From positions 22,864,795 to 22,928,794 of the forward strand of contig NC_092670.1 of NCBI RefSeq assembly GCF_964355755.1: a DNA stretch of 64,000 nucleotides. Direction: 5' to 3'. The notes below the pieces were generated by a model. That model was not told where the DNA came from, made no database searches, and worked only from the letters and a program-made list of their open reading frames with translations. This document shows, piece after piece, positions 1 through 11,900 of this stretch (positions within the stretch are counted from its first letter, which is position 1; every line of letters begins with the position of its first letter). Source of the stretch: Antedon mediterranea. Taxonomy: Eukaryota; Animalia; Echinodermata. The position numbers and the translations under genes are program-made.

Positions 1-3000
1 ATGTAATATCATATCTTTTTGGCAACACAGATGTTTTTGTTTGTTTTCATATTCAATTCTACTGATATTCATTTACAGTTCTAAGTTTCCCTAATTCTTT
101 GTTGTTAATTTCTTTCATAATTCTTTCAAGCATATTGATTTAGCATAATACCTTTGACGTTCAGCTGACTAGGGGGTTGGACGTTCAGTTTTGCAGCGGA
201 TAAATAAAAGCGCTAAAGCTCCTATGAGGCATAAAGTTTCAACAAAGAAACTTATTGATAAGTACCAATAGACGACAAATATGTGTGGTTAAGTACCAAT
301 AGACGGCAAGTATGTTTGGTGATCTAATATTTAGAATTTTCTGGTGTTGTATCCTACATAAGTAACTGTAGCAACTTGTGTTATAATAGTGTTACGTTGT
401 ATTGAAGTAAGCTCATCAAGTACCTATCCCTTTGTGTACTTATTGAGGGCAGGTTTAATAAGTATTAAGCTGCTTAGCTGTTAAATGCTGTTAACAGACA
501 GTTAGTTAGTGACAGATCTGTGAACGTTTCATAGGATGAGATTTAAATTGTGGTTTTTTATTAACTGTAATGGATATATGAGGTAAGTAACTTTCTTATT
601 CATTCAAAAAAACGTCTGGAAACTCACTCGTACACAGAAGCATTCTAGATCATGCCATTATATAGCATTCAACTTTTCCTTACAAAATTTATCATAAAAA
701 TTGAAACTTAATTTTATGATGTACTTGTATTGTTTTGGTTTCAGATTTGTGTATTGTGTCATAATTAAAAAACAATAGAAATGCTTGTAGATAATTAACA
801 TAATTAAAAAAAAAAACAATAAAGAAATCATTAAGTATAGTTTTTATTAGACTTTGTTCTATATCACTATCGTAATTTTTCTACACTTTCGAGCACAAAG
901 AGGTTGTTCTTGATGAACTTTTCTATGACTAAATGAATAAAGGTAATAAACTTAAGTAGTTAGCTACAGCACAGTTGCACAAAGATCTAATTTTACAATT
1001 GGTTTGCAGTGGCCCTTAATTGCTCGGCCACTCGATTCGACATAGAGCAACTTGTTGCTTTGTGACATGGCTAAGTAGACCAGTGAAGAGTGAAAATATG
1101 TATGTAATTTCACTCTTCCTTGTGTAGACATTGTTTAAATATCTAGCCACGTCTGGCCTGTTCTTTTATATTCACTAAACCCAGTCTAGAGTTAATTTTA
1201 AGGTCTCCTAGTAGATTCTCAGCATCATCCTTTGGATAGGATGTGAAGCCGTTGGTTCAATGTAGGCTACATAGTGCACGATTTGAAAAGAGTATGAGAT
1301 CATCTCCTGGTGTGCTGATCTGGTAGGCGCTGCACTGCTGTCTTACGTGGGTCCGTGGACGGCCTAATCAAAATCTCAGTTTCCAGTTAAGCTTGAGAAC
1401 CAAGGGATAAATACATTTAAACTAAGTTTTTGCTTTTTGTGTCCCTTGATATTATTGCATTGATTTTCTTAGGCCTACAACAACATTATTTCATGGCATT
1501 CCAACGTCTATACAACTATCATTGCATACAGATAACTTTGGCCTCTCCTCGCTGAAGGCACTCTAATCAAAATCAATTCCAATTGAATGCTAGGTTTTCA
1601 ATTGTAAAGATTTAAAGACAATACTTGCATTGTTATTAAGCTTAAATATATTGGAGTGTTTGTGCTATTTAGATGTTAAGTACTGTACAAACACTAACAT
1701 TGATTGGTATTGGCATTTCACTATTCTCAATACTGTTATCCTCTACTTAAAGAAAGATTTAGTCATGCTAGCGTTACCTTGCAAAGTACAACGAACATCA
1801 CCCATTCTCATCTCGGTAGGAAGAGTATTAAATAGCTTTGTTTTTATAACCTAATAACATCAATAGTGTTATCTATGGCATTGGTTTTGTGTTTGTCTAT
1901 CAAGAAGAAGGATGTATTGTTGCTCAATTAGACTGGTAAGTTTTTGTGTTTGTTGACTGTTGAAATAGATGGTGTAGTTAGATGAATCTTGTAAATTGTA
2001 TGTGATTAATGTATCTGTACATATGCACTACCATGGTGTAGTCAATTAAACCACGTTGTCATCCTCTCGCTCTTTTAAACTTGCTATAGAGTAAGACTAT
2101 TTCATATGAAAAGAACCCCTATTACTGTAAGTGGACACCTTAGATGGTTCCAACTAGAGACGCAACACAAAGACGTAACGCAATGTAGGGATTTGACCAA
2201 TCACAAGCGATAAATTATTTGATATGCTGCTTGTCATTGGTCCTATTGAGACCAAGCTTGGGATTTGTGTTTGTGTTAAAAAATATATTTTCTTTTATTC
2301 TCAAGAAAGTTTTGTTAATAGGGGTATTTACTGTATGTATACGTTTTGTCTACTAGTCTCGGAGCCTTGTCCACACGAGTGTTTTGATTGTTGAATCAAT
2401 AAAATATTTATTTAACAGAATATTTATAGAAGCTTGCAATTAAATGATTTAAATTGATTTGATTGGTTGACGATATTGGCAGCCACAATGAAGTTGTAGT
2501 TAGTCTACTGTACATTGCTTATGAACAGTTATTTTGCAAAGCAAACAAATGTTGCCAGGAGATCATGTTATAAAATCGTGTTTCTTGTAACACTTTTGAT
2601 TTGAGTAATTACTACAATCTTTTTGGTCAACAATAATCAAGCTCAACGTGACTGAGTAAGGTTTATTCTACTCTTGCCCTCAAGTGATGATTAACAATGT
2701 TTCATAGCAACATTGAATGTAAATAAATGCGCAGTTAGTAAATACTTCTGCCAAAAAGGGTTTGAAACAATGAATTAAAATAGGTTTAGTAGCTAGGAGT
2801 TATTATTGTACAGTTTATGGTAAGATCAGAAAGCAGATAGTTTGAGACCTATAAGCCAGTACAGCATTAAAAGATATAAGTAGTATTTTAACACCCATCC
2901 ACCTCCTTCCCCACTCCCCAAACCTCAGAATGAGTCTTGATTAGAATGCATCTCTTGTAGGAATAAGGTAGTTAAGCACGTGCAGATGCAGCGTTATAGA

Positions 3001-4062
3001 TTAGGGTGGGCGGGGGCTAAATATTTCATAAATGATTAAACAATCCGTCAGGTTACAGAAAAATAAAAATAGTCATTATTTTTATTTAAAAAAAGATATG
3101 ACTGTTAAATTTTAGTTAAGTGCTGCTTTCTTGTAGGGGCCTAACCCGGCCAATATATATATACCAATAATATTATGCGCTATACTTTGGAAAGTTATTA
3201 CTGTATAAGTATACAGTAAAACCTTTCATTTGGGACAACTGTATTGAGAGGACACTTTCCCTAGTAAAGGGATGTAAGATTAACATGTCAATATAGCCAG
3301 CCCCTATTCAGCTGATTAAGGAGACACTTTGATAGGTCTCTGGAGGTGTCCCTTTAATAGGGATTCTTATGCATTTTAAATCACATTGTAGAAATCAACC
3401 CACCATCCAATCTGTTATTATATACGGTACAAAGGAAACTCGGAAAACAACAATTTTACAGCCTGTTATAATATGATATAAATAACACTACAAATATTTT
3501 ATTGGATGTTGAAAACTAAGTTGGAGAAATGAAATTGTATGAATTTAATTAAATTTGATACATTTGTCAGTTTTTATTTTACTCTGGAGTATTGTGTAAA
3601 CAATGGTGATAATTCAATTCAATCAATTCATCGACATTTTTATGAAGATGTACTTGTCTGTGCATCTAATCTACACTGAATGAAACAGTGTGTCAGTTTC
3701 TGAGTATTTCTTTACTGCAGTCTATTTTAGATTTAATAGAGAATGGTAAGGTGTAATTAGTAAGGGATATCAGACTAGCCTGTGAGAGGCATAGATTTGA
3801 GTCCTGTCTGTGCCATATTGCTTGTATCATAGGCAAGATAGATTATTGTCATTGTTTCGTCCTCGGATAGGATATAAAGCCATCAATTCCATATATTAAT
3901 AATAAACTTTTTAAACTACTGTATTTTAAAAGAGTAAAGGATTGCCTCCTGATGTGCTGATCTTGGTCTTTGGAACATTCTTGTACTGAAGAGGCCATCA
4001 AGTATAAACAAGAAATAAATCAAATATTAATAATTAGATGTGTATTATTTTTTTTCTTATAG

Positions 4063-5906
4063 GTGAAATCCTTTTATCTAAAGAAGATAGACCTCTGGAA
4101 ATTGTAGTGAATGCTGAGCATGACGTCCGGTTTCTCTTGAAAATGGATAACGTAAAAGAGAGTCCGTCAACCTACTCTTTTGATGATGGGGAGACATCAC
4201 CAGCAACAAACCACAAACATTTATCAAAATTCTTTGGCGTTAGTAGCGATGAGCTAAACGCTGCCATCTCCCCAAGTCTTCCATCAAACATGTCCAAGTG
4301 GAAAGGAGTACCAGGATGGTTTAAGAAACATCATGGTGATGACTTAAGCTTAAGCAGTAACAGTAGCGGCAGTAGTGGTCAACATGGTAAACCAGTTGAT
4401 GAGTACCATAATGGCGTCAAAGGATTGATGTTGAATCCACAAAGTCCTAAGTTCAGAAGAAAATCTGAAACTCTTGCAGAACCTATTAAGATTCGTTCAA
4501 AATCAAAGAAAGAGAAACACAAATTAAAGCAAAGACCAAAGTCGATAAGTGAGGTTTTAGAAAGAAAGTTAACACGCAAAAAGAAATTGACATTGGAAAT
4601 CAGCGTTGACGTTGAGTTGTCATTTGACGAATGTACTCCAGGAATCATTAAAGTTTTTGGTGATGAGATCTCTTCTGGTGCAACTTATAAAAGTGTGTTA
4701 GCTTCTGAACAATCAACTGCTGAAGGAATCGTAAAAGAGGTGCTTGATCGGTATTCTTTATCAAAAGATCATTCCAACGAGTATGTATTATGTGATGTTG
4801 TTGGAAAGTTGGATACCAAAAGGGTCAAAGGTCAGAAAAAGATTCTCTTTGATGAAGGAGACTGGCACATGGAATACTTAAGAGTCATTGAAAATAACGA
4901 TAAACCGCTTTTGTTACAGGGGTTTTGGAAACCATGTGAAGGTTGTTTTAGACGTTTTGAAATTCGCCGCCGTTCCAAATGTATCGCAACAGACCATGAT
5001 TACGTTACAAGAGGATTAAATGAAAACGCCAAAAGATTTCAAATGCACAGAACGAAAGCATCCAGTGTAGACTTTGGGGAAAGGGGGAGACTTGGCACTC
5101 AAGCTGATGCAAATACAAATGTTAAAAATGAAAGAGAAGAAACAGAAAGTAGTGACGAACATAGTGAGATGTATCATTTACCAGTGCCACAAGAATTTCC
5201 ATATTTGATATATATTAAAGGTTCTGGAGGTAGTGGAGATCTATTGTGCTATCCTCTTAATTTACCAGTTACAATAATTGGTAAAAGACTATCAAACCAG
5301 ACAATCCACCAACAGCAAAACCGTGCAGATATTCTTCTTACAGCTTCAGATATCTTTATCAAACATTGCAGAATTATGACGCAATACTTGCATAATTTAT
5401 CACTTGAACATTTTGATGAGACGCAAGTTGACGTTTATCTCGAGCCGTTCCCATCAGCCATAGTCCATGTAAATGGAAACATAGTTGAAGAAAAAACACA
5501 ACTTAATTCTGGCGATCTTGTTGGAATTGGTTCTAGTTATCTGTTCATCTTTAAAAATCCTACCGACGAAAACGTGAACGAGATGTCATGGTTGAATGAG
5601 TCTCTTAACGCACACAAATTAGATTCTTCTTCAGGTGAGGCTTTCGTGAGGAACATACATCCAGATTTGGAACCTTTAGCGGATGAATACGAGGCAGATT
5701 CAGCTAGAATGAAGATCATCTATTCAAAGGGGGCTGAAGATGATTTGTTGCAGCATGTCTTGCCAATGGCTTGTGATGGAGAGTTCCCTCTGGTTCCAGC
5801 TTTTGTCTTTACTATGTGCATTGAGCACACAGCCTACCATCATGAACATGATGACACAAAGGCTCTCTTGTGTAAGATTGCTAATCTAATGCAGAATGAG
5901 GCGTGG
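4063..5906 (+). CDS. RADIL: RADIL large exon (RA and FHA-like domains)
   Basis: 628-aa ORF; acceptor tttcttatag at 4062, donor TGG|gtaagt at 5907. Confidence 0.9.
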
Positions 5907-8900
5907 GTAAGTTGGAAAGATTAGATTCAGTAGCAGTGTCTTCAATTGTTTTTAACATTTAATATATTGTTGTGTATAAACCCTGATTTCGTGCCTAGCT
6001 TACTTGGATAAACTGACATTAGCCTATTTCTCTTAGAAAAGAGCACTAAAACTTGAATACATCCCTTTTAAACAATATAACATTCTATGAACAACAACAA
6101 TGAGAACAACCCATTTCTGGTTTGTGTATTAGGTGATACTGTATGTATAACTAATTCTTTTATTATGTTATATGACATAATACAATCAAGTGAATTGAAT
6201 GTTGCTGACGCATCTCGTTGTGAGTGGGCCTTTAATCTTCAAATCTTAGCAGTTCATCTTTACCTCTCCAAACAATGATTCATTGCTATGAGCCTTTCTG
6301 ATTAGCAATGTATATAAAACCAATATTCCATGTCTTTTGTTAATGATAACAAAGCTGTTAATATTATAAACATACAGTACATATAGGTTAGACTTATGAC
6401 CTATAATACCGGCATCACATGTGATACATATGTGACAATGTATTCAAGAATTTGATATTGAAAAATGTCAGAAAGTTCTGAGAATTGGCTATTCTTTTAA
6501 ATAGTCTTATACTACATATGCATGCGAATTTTCATACCAAAAGTCAAATATTTTATAATTAGGTTATGCATTATCATGCATATCAGCTATTTTTTCTGTC
6601 AGAATCTTTATTTATTTATTTATTTCTTTATATATTTATTTATTTATTTATTATTTCCTTAGCACTATTTTGTCCGTCAATTATCTTGATATCAGTTTCA
6701 TCTAGCTAAGTTAATTTTTCAGAGTATATTTCTTATGGCCAGGAATCGATGTGGTTATGTTTTCGAAATTACGATTTAACGAAATCACGTTTGTAACCAT
6801 ATCTTCACAAGCATGAATCACAATTAAACAAAATTTTGTACTCATAAATTTCAGGTAATATTTCATCATATGGCAATATATTTACATGCGTAGCGCATAT
6901 AACACATCGTACGTACGCTTTTTCAAAATTGTCACAATTTATTTTCGATGAAATTAGAGTACGTTTCAGGCAATTTTAAGCGTTTAAAAAATTGCTATAA
7001 GTGCGCAGATTTTTTAATGTTAAACGTAATGCGCACTCTTTTTGTCCGATTTCTGTTGTACAACCTTTCTTTAATAATTTCATATTTTATTCATTTTTCA
7101 ACGCGAAATTGCGTTATACGAGCATGTCAAAAGTGACAGGCTATGCACGTGTAACCAGATGAAATTTTTTGAGAATCTACGCACGTGTAAGTTAACAAAA
7201 TGGTGAAAATATGCTAAATTTTAAAATTAATATAGATCGTCAGAATTCTGGGGAACACCTATTTTTTATTTCATTTTCTTGAAGTGTATGTATCATATGT
7301 ATGATTTATTATCAAATTAAGAGAACAAAAGTTGATTAAGTCATCATTAATTGCATTTTAAATTTAAAAAAATTAATTCCAACAATCAAACAAATTATGA
7401 CATTTTCTTAGGCCAAAATAACAAACTTAACATTAACTTCCTTCCTTAAAATGTTATTAAAGTTAAAAGTATATAGTTTGACAGTGCATCATTTTTTTCA
7501 ATTTTTAAAGATGTCGTCATAGTAAAAAATTTTAATTCATTACATTGCGGTATGTAATAATCTATCTGCACCATAGTAAATACACAGAGGAATCTTTCCA
7601 TAACTTTTAGTTAGTCAGTTGTGTATGGCTCGTTGGTCTGTGCTCGTGTCTATGGCATTCAAGGTACCAAGATCGAGTCTCACCTTGGGAAATGAAACAA
7701 AATAAGATTTTTTTATTATTCGTATTGTTTGTTCAATTTTATTTCTTAGTGTATAGATTATACACATGATTTTTAATGAAATCTAGATAAAAAGTAACTT
7801 ATGTCTTTATTATTATGTAACAAATGTGGTTTATGACATTATACGCAGAGGAATCTTTAATCGTATTGTGATACCGGTTATTGTATTTGCGTTAGCAAGA
7901 TCCTTTCACCTATTATAAATAATTAAAGATTCTGAGAAAATTAATCAATCAATATATCTTTTAAAAATCATTTAAATTTGTTTAAATTAATGCATATAAC
8001 CTATAATTTGTCATAGTGATGAATTAAATCTAGTTGTTATATATTATTCTAAAGGAAGTAGAATATTAATTTGAAATATGTTTTCAGAATGGATATCTTA
8101 TTAATATGCTTTCATAATATAAAAACTAGCACATTCAATATGTTTTCAGTTTCAATTGCGTGACATTTTAAATTTAAAGAGAAAAACAGGAAATATTGAG
8201 CACGTACATTAATATACAGTACACATTTTTAATTTGTTTTCATTGGAAATTTTCGTAACTAAAGTCTGTGATATACAAAATAAAGAAAACAGTAGCCAAT
8301 AGTAGTTGATGTTGTGTAAGCCTTCACATTCATATATGCTCATGTTTAAGTACCATGTCTCCGCATCTAAATATAACCATTGTTCTTTGTGTCGTTGTAC
8401 ACCCCCGTTTCCATATATATAGGCCCAACAACCTGCAGACCAATATGCAAATCATCTCGGTATGCAACGCGCAGACACAAGTATTTACATGACTACGTAA
8501 ACACTACACAGTCTACGTAATTTTTCTACCCCATTTTTCTACCCCACAGAGTTTATGAATAAGTGTTGACTTCTTAATAGTTGATTCAGCTGATTTACAA
8601 AGTTTATTGACATTTATTTTAAATGTAGATACTTAACCACTACTAAAGGAGCCCTGTTTAATTAACCTTTAAAATTATTTGAAATCTGCTTCCCTAACAA
8701 CTAAACGTCTGGTCATCAGCGTGCATAATTGGGTCATTAACAGAAGCCTAATAACTGATTTCTCTTTTGTGCATTGACTATTTGATAACGATTTGTTTAT
8801 CTTGAGGTTATGCGAGTTTTATCTTCACCTGCTCTGTAGGCCTATTCTTTATTTTTTATTTTTATAACCATTTGTGCATTGAACTCAATGAGGATAATAT

Positions 8901-11900
8901 TTAACAATACAGAAGAACCCCTATGAAGGGGATATCTTCAGGACCCAATGTACCTTGAAATGTGGTTAATTTTAAGCTACAACCACTTAATTGTATCACA
9001 GAAAAGTGTTCCCTTAATGGGGGTGTCACCTGATTATAGATGTCCCCAGAATAGAGGAGTTCTACTGCATATACAATTACACAGATCATTTTAAGTTAGT
9101 AAACTTATTTTAAAGGAATTGAGATCTGAAAGTTTACTACCGTGAAATGAAAGATTAATATTTTCAGTGTTAACTTTAGGAATATCAAATTGCTATCAAT
9201 TAAAAACAAATCAATTGCATTCATTTCAGTTAAAAACAAAGACGTTAGCAAGTTCACAATCGGAGAAGTAAGTATTAAATTATTTAAAGCTTTCGCCTAA
9301 AAAATAACAAAATAATCCGTACAATGGAGTAATTTGAGTTAAAAAAAACCTTTTTCAGGCCGGGAGATGTAAGCGAAATATTATCAGCACTAATGCCTGA
9401 ACTTCAACCTATTATCATTTGGATGTCAAACTCTTTGGAGCTGTTAAACCATCTACAGAAACACATTCATGAGTACATTGTTATCAATGAAGAAGCCTCG
9501 CCTCTGTCGTCATCAGATTCTATCTGTAATGTTGATGAAGAAGTGCTGTCCGTTCTTGAAGAGATAGTAATGTATACATTCCAACAGACTGTTTACTATC
9601 TAACAAAGGTAAAGAGGATTTCATTTCATTTATCGTAATCCATTACAATTTCAACGATAATATACACAAAACTAATGCAGAAGTTATCATTTTGGTCGTT
9701 AAATTATTACTACAAAAATACTATCTTATAAATACTAAATATAAACATTTGATAACATGTATGGTTGTACATTTTGAGATACAATGACATATAAGGACAC
9801 TTTATAGGATTCAAACCTACAACCTCCAGATCTGTAGTCTAAAAAAAAAGTTAAAGACAAAATAACTTGACACTGCTTCATATTTATTACTAATAGGGTT
9901 AATGATTGAAAAAAATCTAATTTATTAATCTATAACTTTGGCTGCTCATCATAGTGTACTCGGTTCAAATCCTGACCTGACTCACTAGCTGAATGTTTCA
10001 TGTGAGCAATGATGCCAGTAAAACTTTATAATTATCATGTAAGACTTTTGCTGAACACACCATTGGATAACTCTTACCCCAATAACCCAATAAAATAGTG
10101 CATGGCATAACAACATGGACTATTTAAAGCACATAAATGTCTTAATAAAATCAATGGATAGCAAGAACTTAATGTAAAGCCTCACCTTTCTATACTAATG
10201 TTTGCCCTTATAATAATAGGCAAAGTTTCCTAGAAGCAGTAGAAATATTTATTCTACCCAGTGCTGAAAGTTGGTATTAATTTATAGTAGGCATAGAAAA
10301 GTGGTTCAAATCTTAGTTAATATTTGGCTCCTCCGACTCTCAGGCTAGCCTTTTGGAGGTTGCCACCTTCTTTTGCTTTTAATTTTTATAATCCAGAAAT
10401 ATATCGAAATAGAAATATTGACATTCTTTTAATGATTCTCGGTTGACAGTAATGATTTGTACGTTACATTTTCTTGTCATTTGTTCTTTTTTTAAACCTT
10501 ATTATTACGTTTCATTGTTGTTATTGATTATGTTTTTATCTTTTCTGCAATTGAAGGAAATAACTGTTTATTTTGATTGAAACATGTAGAAAGCAAATTC
10601 TAAAGAAAAAAGTTTCGAAATTCCAATTTTGCAGCCTTGCTGGCATGGTTGTGAAAGGTTTAGTTTAAATAGTTTAGTGCAGTCTTAAAGTATATAGGCC
10701 TTGATTAAAACCCTTCCTTTGGGACACCTCTAAAAAAGGGGCAATTTTTTTTCAAACGTAAAGAACTCAACCAATTCAGAAGATATTCTTGTGCAAGAGA
10801 CACCCCCATAATGGGACATTTTGTTGAATAATGTTAAAGTGTAAAGTATATAGGCCTAGAGTAAAACCCTTCCTTTGGGACACCTCTATAAAGGGGACAA
10901 TTTTTCTGTAAAATCAATACCCATTCAGAGGATATCCCCTATTAACGGGACACTTTGTTGAATACCAAAAGTGTCCACTAGGGGTTCTTTAATTTAAGCT
11001 ACAACCACTTTAATTTTAAAATTGCTTTTTCATATTTCTAAAATATGTTATTCTATTGGTTTATAAGTTTTCTATTAAATTGTTGTATCTATCTTAGACA
11101 CTGTACATCAGTTTACCATTAATACTGGACTCCAGTCCGTTTCTTAATGATGACAGCGGGGATGATGAAAACAAGAAAGAGGAGAAAGCCCTTGGTATCA
11201 ACAGTATACTTGGCATCTTTCAGGCAACCTTTGACCTTTTCAACAGCTTAAACGTAAACAATAACATACTGAAGCAGTTGTTTGCGTACTTGCTGTTCTT
11301 CACGAATGCTTCGCTGTTTAACATGTTGATGGAACGAGGTTTGTTATAACATTTTGTTTTGCCAAAGAAACAATATTACATGTACAGTAGTCTAATACCC
11401 TGCAAAATGAAACTTGTAATAGGTTTGAATAATGTGAATACAATTTTGTGTTCTTACTGTGCGCTCGTGTATTGCCCTGGTATTAAACTGGCCAGTTGTA
11501 GTAATCATATAGCCCACAACTACGCTTTCCTTCTGAAATTTGGCAATATTCTGCCATAAAAACCACTTTTTTTCAGTAGTTAGGTAGTTATATTTACACA
11601 ATTTGTGTACAAAAGAATAGAGATTTTACTGTGTAATTTGGACTATCTCCCCACTGATAAAAAAGTGCTTATTTTCAACAAGCTTGTGTAACACAAATAA
11701 AATCCCAAAAATTATGAAACATAGGGGATTCGATGATTATTGGAATGTATGATCAATATAAATTTAACTAACTTGGATGCAATTTTAGCATAGTCTTGAT
11801 TTTAACTAAATCAATTTATAATCATTTTCCAGGGCCTAGCCGTAAGAGCTTCAAGTGGTCAAAAGGCGTTCAGATGCGTGGTAACTTGGATCACATTGAA

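Noticed and set aside
4038-4062. ORF-track start MCIIFFLI
   Set aside because: It is the polypyrimidine tract and acceptor of an intron.
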